In this document: piece after piece, positions 1 to 13,400 of the stretch | How positions within the stretch are numbered: position 1 is the stretch's first letter | Layout: each line of letters begins with the position of its first letter | Notes under the pieces: model-generated | Databases searched by the model: none | What the model was told of the DNA's origin: nothing | What the model saw: the letters and a program-made list of their open reading frames with translations, nothing else | Program-made: the position numbers and the translations under genes | DNA from: Trichosphaerium sp. ATCC 40318 | Taxonomy: Eukaryota > Protista > Tubulinea | NCBI GenBank assembly: GCA_038496445.1 | Contig: JALMLS010000175.1 | Location: 186,001-250,000, forward strand | Length of the DNA: 64,000 nucleotides | Reading direction: 5' to 3'

Positions 1-826
1 ATACTACTTCACCGTTGTACCACCAGAAACAATACAAGCAATATATGATGCTGGTACGCTTACTTTCGCGGTGTTTAAACAAAGCCCTCGGTCACATTTT
101 TATGACTTTATTTGGCTTAAAATGTGTTTAGGGACCGATGGTAAATGCAGTCTAGATGTTGATCCTGTAGTGATTACTGCACCTCCTGTACAAAACGTAA
201 CGGCGACTCCAACTACAGAACCACCAACGAACGCGCCACTTGAATGTAACGGAGCACCTCCTGTGAATGCAGTTTGCAATGGAGAAACAGGTATTTGGGA
301 AATAGAAGAACCTATTGCTCTCGAAGGCGGAAGTATAAACGTTTTCGTACCAATCGTTTATAAAGGAGACTTTACTGTTTCTGAAGGCGCCATAAGTACA
401 ATATCTCTCTTCAATGGGGCATCGCTTACCTTTGAACAATGTCCAACAATCAACGAAACTTTGACTGTTTTTATTGATATTCTTAATGAAACACAAAGGA
501 TAATATCACTTCCTGATGGCTGTGATATTGATGAAGGTGTATTGAACTTAGTAGCGAGGGATACATGCGCGCAAGTCGTTACAATGAAACAGTTCAATCA
601 GGTCTTCGCTTCGATCGGTGGAAGCACTTGTACAGAGAATGGAAGCTCAAAAATGGAAGGAAAAACAATTGCTTGGATATCTTCTGTGACTATATTAGCT
701 GTATTAATAACCATTGGTTTGGTAGTGTTCTTGGCTTATTGGAGCAGAATTGTTAGAAAGAAAATCAACCTCAAAGCCGTTGAGCAACAACTAGAGAACG
801 ATTTAGGCGTAGATAGCGCCATGTAG
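1..826 (+). CDS. Type I membrane/cell-surface protein, Cys- and Pro/Thr-rich, 5'-partial
   Basis: GT-AG intron at about 53-130, then an exon with a PT-rich linker, Cys-containing extracellular part, TM helix (IAWISSVTILAVLITIGLVVFLAYW) and short basic tail; TAG at 826. Confidence 0.7.
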   Translation, partial: YYFTVVPPETIQAIYDAGTLTFAVFKQSPRSHFYDFIWLKMCLGTDGKCSLDVDPVVITAPPVQNVTATPTTEPPTNAPLECNGAPPVNAVCNGETGIWEIEEPIALEGGSINVFVPIVYKGDFTVSEGAISTISLFNGASLTFEQCPTINETLTVFIDILNETQRIISLPDGCDIDEGVLNLVARDTCAQVVTMKQFNQVFASIGGSTCTENGSSKMEGKTIAWISSVTILAVLITIGLVVFLAYWSRIVRKKINLKAVEQQLENDLGVDSAM

Positions 827-1331
827 ATAATGATACAGAAAAAACTGAGTAATGTTAAATAGATAATCAACTTGTTTTTGTACTTCAAGTTCCGTGTTGC
901 GCAACACAAATCTTATGTTGACTTTATCGGGTCGGTTCAATCCGCGCCCTTACACGAAGAGTTTGATTTCTAGAAGTGTAGTGATGTTAGTGCCCTTGTT
1001 TGGTGGGAAACTGAGCGGTTGGTACAAACGTCGCTTCAGTTGCCCTGAATTTATGCGAAAAGCAATAAACCAATTACGGCAAAAAAATGAATAAAAACCG
1101 AAATTTCCTTCTTTCCTAATTGCGTTCAGCACTCATAGATAACATAAATAAACACAATACATATATTATAGAGGCGTGAGCAGGGTTTTGTATCATATTT
1201 GTGGAGCACAACTAAAAACTGTGTCAAAACGTTCAATGAAACGAATGTCGTAAAAAATAGTCGAAACTCGGCAAAAAAAGTTGAGTTTTCTGACACAAAG
1301 TCCATTATTTTAAGAGCAGATACCATCAACG

Positions 1332-3577
1332 ATGGAGCTTTCTATAACAGAAAATGATCTGATATGGGCAGCAAACAAAGTGAACGTAACAAGAGAGATA
1401 GCGGCTAGTATTTTTGCTCTACTTGTTTCCTCAGCCCAAAACGCATCAAGAGCCGTACAAGACGCTCAAAGAGATATAGAAGATGATATTGATACGATTC
1501 AAGGGGCAATAGGGCAGTTTTTCAACTTAACGTAAGAGAACCGCCCATCTTTGATTGCCGCTTTAAGTAGTTTTATTCACTTTATTGTTTAGCTATGTTC
1601 TGTATATTGCTGGTTACTTTGTTGTTCTTGCTTCTCTTAGCGGCTTCCTACAGCTTATATCTGACAAAAAAAAGGGTCAACAAGCCATAATATCGTTCTG
1701 CTACTTCGCCCTTTTCATTCCGGTACTTTGCAGTCTTTTTTTTCTGTCGTTTTCTAAAAATAGGAGCTCTAATTGTTTTGTTTTTTTATTGATAAATCTC
1801 ATCGTGACGTTCTCTTTAGGTCGCATTCTCTATTGCTGAGCGTGGTGCTATTGTTATGTCTTCCGTTATGATACTAACGGCCGTCATTTTTCTGCTACCA
1901 CAAACGTTATGGACTGGTATGAAAGCTTGTGTTGAAGCGAAAATGTTTGAACAAACAAGCCAAGTATTTGTTATGATGGATGCAATAACTTTTGTCGTTG
2001 CTTGGATCTTGACATTTACGTTTGATTCTCCTTTCGTAGCGCTATCAATACCGCTAAGTGGGCTACCTTTATGGGTAGACATAGGCATACAATTCTATCC
2101 GAATAGAAAGAAAGAAGGAAAAGACTCTTGGCCTGCTTTCTATCCAAAAAACATTAAAGAAAAGGCAGCATTGATTACAGCTTACTCAGCACTTTGTTTA
2201 TCGCTTGGTTTTGGGTTATCAGCTACCACTGGATTTATAGAAAACCGCCAATTCTCTTTTTGGTTCAACATGGTTGGCATGTCAGTGTTCAGCTTCTCTT
2301 TTGTTCACACAGTATGGTATTGGGACAAAGACGAAGAAGACAAAAAAGAAACAATGGGTCAGAACTTTGCAAGGAGGCCAGAAGCGTGGGCATTCGTAGT
2401 ATTTGTAACAACTACTATGATGTTCTACTCGTTCACATTACACACGTGGACATTTGTTCCTTATGGAGCAGGAATACTGATAATATTTATCTTACACAAG
2501 ACTTCTCAAGAACCGTATTGGATTGGACCTTTCAAGCTTTATTTCTACACACTCATAACTTGTCTTATGTTCTCTTTGTCATATGGGTACCAAGGCGTTA
2601 GGGATAAGTTCTGGGTACAAATCGTTATGGATCTTTACAAAGGAACTACTATTTTGGAACATTTAAGTTCAGCTGCTGTTCGATTTCAGTTGGCTGTTGT
2701 TGGATTATTTTTTGCCGGATATTGTAAGACGACTATCGTGACACCAGGGAAGCCTCACAGTTTAGTGATTGGGTTATTATATACTGTTCACGGGTAAGAC
2801 GAAGTTTCTTAGTTTTTTCTCACAACCGCCTTATACTAACTATTGCTGTAGGTATTTGCTTGCCCTATTCTTGATTTGTGTGTTAGAGTTAGAATCAAAC
2901 ACATATGTCAGAGCTGTAATTGCATTTTCGTTGACAGTTTGTATGCCTATTGTACCCGTTGAAGCTATGCCAGGCAACATCCGAGATGATACTATCGTCT
3001 TACTCGGTAAGCTTTATTTTTATCAAAGTTCTTTAAAATTACTTACACGTTTCTTGTTTAGTTGGATTCGCAGTGAACTCTCGCTTGATTGGTCTTGGAA
3101 GTTTTATGAGTCCTATAATATTCTATTCGCAGCTTGTTCTGAGAGCTGTATTCACTCGTGTTTGTATGACCCACGCAGCCGGAGTTCCAATAATGTTTAT
3201 GTTTTCTGTTTTAACTATATTCCAATCAGTTCCAATAAAATCGCCTGTCATGACCATGGTGGGTATAGCAGGTACGAAAGCATCATCTAGAGACTTTAAT
3301 GTTCTTACTGTTATGATTAGGAATCTATGGAACGATATCCTTGCTGATTTCTAAATTTACAAAGGACAAAATGATTAATACAATTTTCATGTTGATTACA
3401 GGTTTGGCATTTGTTTTCCTTGGATTCCGTATCCATGATAATATGGATACATTCACAGCTGCTATTGAATTTTATATACCTGATTTCGTTATCAATGGAC
3501 CACAACTTGGAATTGAAAAAACTGTTATGGACTTTTCGAGAGACTTAATTCACAGAGTTGACTACTGGAACAATTAA
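1332..3577 (+). CDS. Multi-pass membrane protein, DUF2157-like; multi-exon
   Basis: The N-terminus (ITENDLIWAA...FNLTYVLYIAGYFVVLAS) and C-terminus (LITGLAFVFLG...IPDFV) resemble DUF2157-type membrane proteins. Many hydrophobic helices are joined through GT-AG introns. Confidence 0.6.
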
Positions 3578-3864
3578 TTGTTGTTTGTTGCAATAAAAAA
3601 ATAAAACAACTTTCTGGTACACTCAATAACGACCTTGTAAATACTCTACATGTACTCCGCTACGCGCTGATAAACATAAGAAGCCATAGGGAGTCCCTTA
3701 ATCCGATAACGCGACAAACAGTACTTCTTTGAACCATGCTACCCGCAATGAATTATTTGAGAGCGTTAAAATGAGTTTGGGAGAACGTTAACGCAAACCA
3801 CTTTTTTTTTTCTGTATTTCGCATCAAACAAAGTTTATTTTTCTTTGATGTACATAAAACAAGT

Positions 3865-5606
3865 ATGAGTGCACCCAAGAAAATTCTACAGAGTGGGTTG
3901 AAGCTAATCAGTAGCCTTCCGCCAGAAATAAGTGTGGCTGTACTTGATAACTTATGCCTGATAGACTTATTGGCTGTTCGCTTAACCAATTCAACATTAA
4001 GTTATTTGGCAAGTTTAACAACGCTTTACTCTGTGCGTACTTGGTGGTTTCCTGAAAATTATTAATTCTGTACCTTCTAGAAAGGTGTCAAGTTTTGTAG
4101 ACCACATGTTTCTGGAGCTGTTTGGAATGAGTTTACACCAGCAATCCTTCAAAAATTGAATATTTATGCCGTTTCATCATTTGACATTAAGTTGCCGATG
4201 AATGAAGTACCTATCACTGTTTGTGATATCCCTATTTATGATATACCTAATCGTGAAAGTATGTATGATAAATTGGAAGGGCGTATTGGTCGTGATCAAG
4301 TTGTAATGGGGCCATCATTTGAGCAACAATTCAAAAAAGCAACAGAAGAAATGTTAGACAATATCTATGCACTTTATCACGTGGATATTGAGCCTTTTGC
4401 ACTCACTTGCTTTTCATCCGATAGCCAATATTCAAAATATGAAACGGAGCTCATCGAAAACTATGATAGGGCGATCTACCTTGAGCTACCAAGTGAATAC
4501 TCAGGTACCAACTAAAAACATTGTTAAAAAGTTAAACATGTTTAGATGGACAAGTTGTTACAGTTCGAGGATGTTCAGCAGAAATACACTTAAATTCTTA
4601 CAGCAACTTTGTGATGAAACATAGTAATATAATGAAAGTAAATTTGTGGATAAAGCCAACAAACATTAGTCATGAAGGTAGTTGAATGTACATTTTTTTC
4701 TTGAGGTGTTGAAAAAAAGCACATGTCAACTCCTTATTAGTGTCAAGCGGACCTGCTAAGAAATATGTCCTCATCTTTGGTGTTAAGTCAAATAGGTCAC
4801 AAATACGGAATGAAGTTGTATCTAGACATAAGCAAGAGATTCTTGATGCGTTTATGTTGTTCCCAAAAAAAAGGGTAACAAAAGTTGGATATTGCACATA
4901 CTATCCATACGAGAATTTGGATAGCTTGGATGTACTTACCGGTGTTGATGCATTGATATATCATGTACTTAAACCAGTGATAAAAAAGGCATATTTGAAG
5001 CAATTGAGCTACTCTGCTGAAGGTTTAACTGATTCATACCTGTCAGAAAGGTTGAAATTTCCATGCTCACATCGTCCATCAAGACCTGTAGAGGCATACA
5101 AGCAAATACAGCCTTCATACAATTACCAAAGGTGTGCCCATCAAATACATACCAAATTACATTTACTAACGTGACATTTAGTTTAAGGCGACATACGTTT
5201 TTAAACACTGAAATACCAAAGTACTGTTGTTTTTTTTTCACCATTCTATATTGATTGTTTACTAGAGTATACTCGCCTAGATCTCCAATATATAGCCCTG
5301 CAAGTCCCACATACGAGCCAACAAGCCCTGGATATTCACCAGAAAGATACTCACCACGAAATCCAGTTTACCCAGATTCTTTAAGAGGTAGGTGTAAATT
5401 GCAATATGTAATAGAACTAACTAATATTCAAAATAGATCAACATTCGTTGATACGGAAATATGATGAAGAAGCTAAGTACTTGTTTATAAAGAAAAAGTA
5501 CTTAATGGGTGACTGTATATTTCTAAAAAGCAATGCTATTATTATCAATGAAGGTAGTTACGAAGGACTCATTGGAATAGTTTTTGAATTGCCTCCATAT
5601 TTCTGA
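3865..5606 (+). CDS. F-box protein with C-terminal RNA Pol II CTD-like heptad repeats; 6 exons
   Basis: F-box-like [33 protein letters not shown] introns (about 4033-4080, 4505-4545, 4678-4740, 5132-5265, 5388-5436) join ORFs 3865, 4156, 4740 and 5255 in frame, ending ...FELPPYF-TGA at 5606. Confidence 0.7.
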
Positions 5607-5974
5607 GCACGTGATATATTCCATTAACAAGACCACAACCAAACACCCTTGCACTTACTTCTAATAACAAACATGTTATCTTAAACTTAACAAACCATAA
5701 CAAACAGTTGTTCGCTACAGTTTGCTCAAGTTCAACAAGAGTTGCACAATACAAGGCTTATCAATACTATTGTCTCAATTGTAGAAATAAAATGACTGAC
5801 ATTTCAGCTGGTATATGTTTTTACCAAAACACCTTGTATTGCGTTTGTGAGCTGTCATACAGCAGATAGGTTTACGATATTCCAATTCTCTGATTTGGTT
5901 GTCAAATCATCTTGAAAAGAATGCCGTTGACGAGAGGTAACAAGCCTGTTTGAAGAACGAAAGTCGTTAAATTC

Positions 5975-6289
5975 ATGACAGAAGCAGATACAGTTGAAAA
6001 TACAGTAAAGAACCTCCTAAAAGATTGGCGAGCCCACTGCGAGAAGAATAAACGGTTTTCTAAAGCTACACGTTATACAAATTGTGATGCGTTTAAAAAA
6101 ATGGTAGAGATCGGTAAACCTGCTCTACCAACTATACTCAAGTCATACGAACAACAAGAGTATTCTTTGCTATATTTTTTCCTGTTGAGCGCAATTGTAA
6201 CTGGAAATCCATTCGGTAATGTACCAGGTGTTAGAGATCAAAATAGAGATGATTGGATTGCGTATGGAAGAGATAATGGGTATTTATAA
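5975..6289 (+). CDS. Small intronless hypothetical protein resembling a bacterial uncharacterised family
   Basis: 104 aa. The pattern W..H....S......AF..MV.IG..ALP.IL...LL..I..G.P....W..YGR..GY resembles, from memory, a widespread bacterial ~100 aa hypothetical family. Confidence 0.7.
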   Translation: MTEADTVENTVKNLLKDWRAHCEKNKRFSKATRYTNCDAFKKMVEIGKPALPTILKSYEQQEYSLLYFFLLSAIVTGNPFGNVPGVRDQNRDDWIAYGRDNGYL

Positions 6290-6553
6290 GCAAAAAACAC
6301 AAATTGTAAACAATGAAAAAAAGATAAAAATAGCTCCTACACAAAGACCATTACTTTGATCAAGTTGTAACCTACGTAACGTTCTAGTATAGAACCACGT
6401 GCACCATGTACAGAATTAAAGATGACATCTTGAATAACTGAGTATCAGTCTGATTAGTAACAACCACAAACTGTTTTCTTGTATTACATTTTTCAAGAAT
6501 TTATTATTTTACATCTATACCTTTTGTTAACCACCCGTTACAGCCACAATTAC

Positions 6554-9429
6554 TCACTTTGTATCATCATCTTGCCCTTTTAACGCTTTGAATACATACT
6601 GATGAAGATCATGATGCACTTGAAGTGTAAAGTCAATATGTCCCAGGTAAGGGAACGCCTTAATATGAGCTAATTCAGGTTTGGCTGCATTTAGGATAGA
6701 ATAGTGTAGTAGAACACTTGGTGGTGTAATAAGTCTATCACGTAATCCCATTGCAATATATACAGGAACATCAATCCTAACACGTGCCATAAGAGACTTG
6801 ACAAACAAATGTAAAAGGCAATCCAAAATGGAAAAAAAAAAGAACAGCGCTTTCCTAAAAGGTTTGACGTACTTGTCATAGTGTTTGAAAAAATTTAAAG
6901 GTTCTTTAGTACCATAAACTTGCAAGTTTTTCTTTTCACCATAATCGAACGCCTAGGTTTTTGTCATCAAGCGTTTGCACGTGTTTTAAATCAAAATATG
7001 ACAAAAAAAAAGAAAGAAAAATGTTGACTCAGTTATGAAATTGGCCACAACTCATGTGGCAAACTCCTCTACCGGTCATTTGATATATGAACCCCCGGGT
7101 ATCTAAGTGACTACGGCAAGCCAAAAAAGAGACCCTATCGTTCAAGGAAACAGTATTTTTTACATAAAAGAAAAAACTTTCTTAATTTCTATTACCTGAA
7201 AAGTCTTTGTCCTCCATAATTGCCAAAAATGTGAATATACACCAACAGATGTACCAGCAAATATATTATGAGTAATACCATGTGTTGTAACAAACGCATG
7301 CTTCTAAAAACAAGAATGAGACGACATCAAGTTAAATACTCTTTACGAACATCTTTACGTCCACCTAGAAGCTGATATGCAATATATGATGCTATGGTAC
7401 GTGTAGGATAAGCGCTATTAACATCTTCCATGATTTTAGCAATGAGTAATTGAATAAACTCTACAACAAAAGGAATTAGGTCAACAACTTTCAAGAACGT
7501 CAAACGTAGAACTCATTCTTACCGGAAGGAAAGCGGAAAGAATACAATGGTATCCATGGTAATATTGCATTAATTATAGGTCCTCCAATCTTCATTATAA
7601 TAGGAGCCGTTTTAAAGTACCCAGCAGGAGATAAAAGTACAGCACGACTTATATGATGAGGTTTATGTTCAAGTCGCTTAAAAATCATATACATAATGCA
7701 ACTCATAGCACCCATCTACCAGATAGCGTAAAAAAAACACGGATAATGAAAAATAGCCTTGCTGCTGCTAAGGCAAGCCAAAAAGGTGCGTACACTATGC
7801 GCAATAACCTGTATTGTAAAACCATGCGGTTTTAGAGGCTCCTCATCTATGATCGGTTCAGGAACACCAAGTTCTTTGTTCTTTATCTTTACAATATTCT
7901 CAATAAACGCAGAGTAATCTTTAGACCCATGCTCATTAACTGTAAAATCCCAATACTTCTTTGATGTAATCTTAGGATCACTGTGTCGTATTTTACCGTC
8001 GCAGCCCCTTCAAGTCGTTTAGACGCTATTGCATATGTATAAAAGTGTACCTGAAGGTTCCTACGAATACATCATAACCCTTTTCATAAGCTTGGAAAAT
8101 CAGAGACACCTTGAACAGAATTCAGAAAATAACGCTAAATACGCCAAGTATGTATTACCTGACCGCTTGAAAACCATGCCCAACTTGTATCTAGTACTCC
8201 ATGTTGAAAGTAAAGAGCTTCTTTACTTTCAGGCTGAGGTAGACGCTCGAGAATTAAAATGTAACCATCCTCTTTACTAATGTTAATACTTGCTTCTTTT
8301 TCACGTGTCAACCATTACCTGTCACAATTTCATGTTTTTCATATGGATATCCTGCTCTCCGAGCAATCTCTCCAACGTCTCGTTTGTCTAGCGGAGTAAT
8401 TAGCGTTAAATAAGGCAAGCTTTTATGGAACAAAAAAAAGTTTACCAAATTTTTTCATGTTTACTATTCGGCCTGGTAGTGACGTAATTGTCTTTTGAAC
8501 GGCTCTCTGTGCTGTTAGGAGTTTTGCACATGCAATGTAAATAGATTTACATATATAATACGGTGCTAGAGTTGTTAGAACAAGAAATACGCGTCCATAT
8601 TAGTAACATACAAAATAAAGCAAGTATAGTTAAGAGTATGGTCCATAATGTCAGAGTTTCAAGCCAATGAGTATATCTATGTACAAGAGACCGTGTGAAT
8701 GTTACAACGCGATCAATATTAAGGAGTATAGAAAAGCGTAAATCCTACAATAGTCAGAAGATTAAAAAAAAGATTGTTCACCTCAAAAAATCCTGTCGTT
8801 ACTTTTTGATGTGTTAACGGTTGGTCTTTATGAAGATCATGTTGGCTATACCTCAAATCAGGCGCACTCAACTCTATTAAAATTATAGTAAGTGAACGAT
8901 GCCAAAGTGACATTATCAGAAAATGTGTGTAGCTGTTTTGATGTGTTTGGTAAGGCAGGGAAGCAGTATGGGTATTTGGCTTATTTTTTTCTGTTCTTAG
9001 TAGCTACTTGTTTTTAGACGTACTGGCTCTTAGTAAATCGTCTTGTTCCTCTTCTTCTTCTTCCGTACTTACGTCTACAACAACTGGCTTCGCTTGTTTC
9101 CTAATTCTTGTTCTATACTGGCTGTACCAGTTCAAATACGCTTTAAAAAGGTAAGATAATCAAGTTAGTGCATTTGTACTTGAGTTACCTTCCTTATTGA
9201 GGAAACCAAGTATAAGCGCTCCGAAATTGCTAAGTACGCGTGCTGCTATGCGCCATACTAATTAATGTATTAAAACCATTGACGGACTGACAATTTAATA
9301 CCTTCGTTTACTACAGTCTTAGACGACGCATCGAAAGTGTCTAGTATCTATTTAATGAATAAGGACAAATCAGTATGTGAATAGTACTTTATCCGCAACG
9401 AACTGCGTTGATGCAGCAATATACTGCAT
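6554..9429 (-). CDS. Alpha/beta-hydrolase lipase (lysosomal acid lipase/sterol esterase-like); multi-exon
   Basis: DGYILILER...LYFQHGVLDTS..W, nucleophile AHSMGA, AVLLSPAG, G.RDRLI and GHIDF His motif. The start at 9429 is inferred. Confidence 0.85.
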
Positions 9430-9594
9430 CACAAGGAGTTCATGGAGATTCAGAAATGGCTAATAGCTGTTAGAGCGACTTAGCACTCCCAGCTTAACAT
9501 TCCCACAAAAGTTAATTGCGACGGTTCAAGCGGTACAACGTACGCCGACACAAGGAACCTGTAGTGTTAACTAAGATTTTAGATCTCATAAAAC

Positions 9595-10232
9595 ATGTTT
9601 ACGTACGTTGTGGGTGCTATGCTTTTCGTAGTGGGTGTTGCTATCTTCTGGGCGTTGGGAAAGGCTGCTGTAATATTTTTAAACGATTACCATCATTTTG
9701 TGACTAAACCGCCGTAGGATGACGACGATACACCCAGAAAAACAAATGTAGTACACGTCACAGATGTAAGTCAATTAGACAGCGTGATAGCAAAAGCAGG
9801 CGGTTTGGTCGTTATTGACTACTCAGCGAAGTGGTGTGGCCCTTGCAAAGCGATTGCGCCTAAATACGACTTATTCAGCTTGACATACGAAAGTACGCAT
9901 TTGTATCAACTGAACAAACCGTTTACAAGATTATTTTTTTTTACAACTTTTTATTCAAACTGTCGGAATTGCCTTTATGCGTCGTTTGACGAGTTTTGGC
10001 GTTTTAGCTTACACTACTTGGGTTCCCTTTGTTTGAACGTATCTATATTGCTAACAATCGTGTAGATGTAACGTTTTTGCACGTGGATATTGATGAGCTA
10101 AGTTCGGCGAATCAAGTTAAAAAGATTCGCTCAGTTCCTACTTTTGAGTTTTACAAATCTGGCGCTAAACTAGATGTACTAGCAGGTGCTAATGCATCAA
10201 AACTGGAACACATGATAAAGAAGAATAAATAG
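9595..10232 (+). CDS. trx: Thioredoxin with N-terminal signal/membrane anchor; 3 exons
   Basis: WCGPC active site, VTFLHVDID and VPTFEFYKSG. Exon 1 (MFTYVVGAMLFVVGVAIFWALGKAA) is spliced in frame via intron 9670-9717; second intron 9892-10065. Confidence 0.9.
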
Positions 10233-10475
10233 AGAAACAAAGAGCACCTTTCAGTTGTATCACGTGCAAAGTTGACTTGCAATAAAAATATTATCTATCG
10301 CACTCACCGGCTTAGTTACGACTCTGAACGTATTCGCAAACAATGCCCATCATTTCTAAGATTAAATGCTTTTGTTTATATTAGGTTTAAGGTTGTAGAG
10401 TACGAGGTATCACGATTGCAACTTGAAAAGGAAAGTATTTGACTTTGAGGCGCGATTTTTGATTTCGGAGCTAGG

Positions 10476-13400
10476 ATGGGTTTAGATCATGAGCAGACTC
10501 ATAAGCGTAACTTCGTTCACTGTCGCGTTACCATACTGACGGAACAGTTAAAGCGGTGCGAAAAGGAAATGAAGGAAGCAAAAAAAGCCTTGAGTGGTAG
10601 TATTCTCTTAAATAACAATTTCGCCTAAAATTTTGTGTACAGACGCCAACGGTGAAGACGCTGAAGAGGATTTAATAAAAAACAAAAAAGCCGTTGAAAT
10701 GCTTAAAGTGCGCTAACATTATCACGTTACATCTAAATAGATAATGCAGGCGCGTGAGAAGCTATTAAAAGAGAAGTTAGAAGATGCTAGGACAAAAGAT
10801 GTTGAGAGACATTTAGAAAGCAAAAACGTACCACTGTTCTTCTGCGATATGTGCAAAACTCACTTTAAAGGTAGTTTTAAATAAAACTCAACTGTATTTT
10901 TAAACCATAACCTTAAATTAACCCTTAGACAATCAAAAACGATGGCATTCATTGGAAAAAGACAACTATGACTTGTAAGTAGCGTGATAATGAGCGTCTC
11001 TTTGATTTAGAGCCAAAAAACCTAAACCAAAATAGGTGTGAAAAATGTTTTGACACATGTCAAGAAAAAGACGAATATGTCATTGAGCCTTTCACACTTC
11101 CAAAAGAAGTTTGGAACCAGGTTAGCAGTATACTTAATTTATACAAAAATGAACCTCTGCACTGTAGATCACACGACCACAGAACTTATATGAGAACTTT
11201 AAACTTGCTTTTGAAAAATACGCAAAACGACCTTGCCTTGGATGGCGTGAGCTTGAAGGAGATGTCTATGGCAAATACAAATGGATAACGTATGAAAAAG
11301 TATACAAACAAATGAGAGAAATTGCATCAGGTAATATAAAAGCACGTGACATGGAACAATTTTTCAAGTTTACATTTAGGTATTCTGGCTTGTGGTATAA
11401 AACATGATGATTTTGTGGCTATCTCAAGTGATATTAGAGTTGAATGGCTTGTATGTGATTGGGCATGTACAATGCATTCTATTGTAGTTACTGGAATGCA
11501 GCATACATTGAGAGAAGATCAAGTATCGTATATTGTTGACAACGCTTGTACAGTATTCAGTTGATATGTTGCAATTTTGTTTACGTCTTTGCTAGCTATC
11601 AAGTGCATTATTTGTAGTGGTGACTTAGTTCTCAAGTATTTGGACGTATTGAAGTCTTTTCCTTCAATAAAACTTATAGTTTCCATGGATAATACAACAC
11701 CAGAACAGAAAAAACGTGCCAAGGAAATACGTGAAGCAGTAATATCTACAAATAAAGTGCGTTATTTTTCTGGAGTCCAAATTTACATGTCGGTTCTAGG
11801 AACGTGATCTTGGTGATAAAATCTTGATATCTCTAGATGAGTTAAGAAAGTTGGGGGCCGCTAAACCAGCTCCGGTAATTGAAGATGATCCAACAAAAAC
11901 AGCAACTGTAATTTATACAAGGCATGTTTTTTCTTTTTTTTTCTGCTTTTTTTTTTTACACTTCTGTTAGTGGTAGTACAGGAAAGCCTAAAGGAGCTCA
12001 TTTTACTCGAAAGTTATGGAGGCATTTAGTTGTAAATTATCGTTATCCATATGATCCATTTGTTATTATTTGCAAAGGTGTAGCACGTGTTTTTTGGTTA
12101 AATCTTTAAGTAACTTCATTTCTTACTCGTTTCAAGACTCTCTTGTTCATATTTCAGAACGAGAAGTTGCTCTCACGTCTTTCTTATCTGGTGGAAGAAT
12201 TGGAATGGTGACTTCTCAGGACAATGTATTTGAAGATATTAAAGAGCTAAACCCGAGGTAATTGTTCCTGTTTCTAATGCTTAATACTTACTAATTTTAT
12301 AGCTTTATTTCTTCAACACCTCGCATCTACAATGTCATATACTCTCAATTTCAAACAGCTCTAGCTTTAGAAATGTCTGTTATTGAAGGAGAGCCTACAG
12401 ATACAAAAAGATTTGAAGTGAGACAAAAGGTAGATGGGAGAAACTCCGGTTTATTACTTATTTTTTAATTGTTTATCAGGTTCTACAACAGTTTTCTACG
12501 ATATTTGGTAAGCGTCTAAAGAGTTTAAGTATTGGAGGTGCAAAACCTTCTGCAGCAATCACCGCTTTCATTAATGAGTGCTTCCCAAAAACACCTTTGA
12601 GAGAAGGCTATGGCGCAACAGGTGCGTTACAGTTGTATTTCTGGTTGTCTTTACATATCATCCTTAAGAGGTTGGTTCAATGGCTAGTCATGGAGGGCGT
12701 ATACGAGCTGGAGTAGAGCACAAATTGTTAGATGTGCCAGAATTGGGGTATTTCAGCACGTACGTGAAATCCAATATCAAAAACACTACTGTGGAGAGAA
12801 TACGGGAATGATTGTTTTGTAGAGATAAACCTCACCCTAGAGGAGAGTTCTTAGTGAAGACAAGGGAAACTATAGACGGATATTATAATAATGAAGAAGC
12901 GAACAAAACTATCTTTGATGAAGACGGGTGGTACGATATTTGTTGCTTTCAACAATATTTTCAATGAAATTTGTTGCTAAACACGTGCTTTTTTTAGGTT
13001 TCATACAGGCGATATTGTAGAGTTATTTGAGCATAATAAGATAAGGATAATAGATAGGAGGAAGAATTTTTTTAAACTTGCTCAAGGAGAGTTTGTTAGC
13101 CCTGAAAGTATTGAGAATATTTACTTACAAAGCGGACTTATTGATCAATGTTTAATAACTTGTGGTGATATTTCAAAATACGAGCAAACATCAGTTTATG
13201 CTGTTGCTGTACCTAATGAAAAGGCTTTAAAAGATTGGGCAAAATCTAACAGTATAAACGGCACATACAAAGAGCTTTGTGAAAATCCTTTGACGAAAGA
13301 AAAGGTACAACAACATGAAACTAGCACATGCAGTTTAACATTTTTTTTTTCCTGCAGATATTGAAAGAAATGTCTGTTTTGTGGTCGACACATGGCATGA

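Noticed and set aside
925-950. GGTTCAATCC resembling a tRNA T-loop
   Set aside because: No 5-bp T-stem, acceptor stem or cloverleaf can be formed.
5255-5464. Possible RPB1 gene fragment
   Set aside because: Only about five degenerate heptads, no polymerase domains, and the exon splices into an F-box gene.
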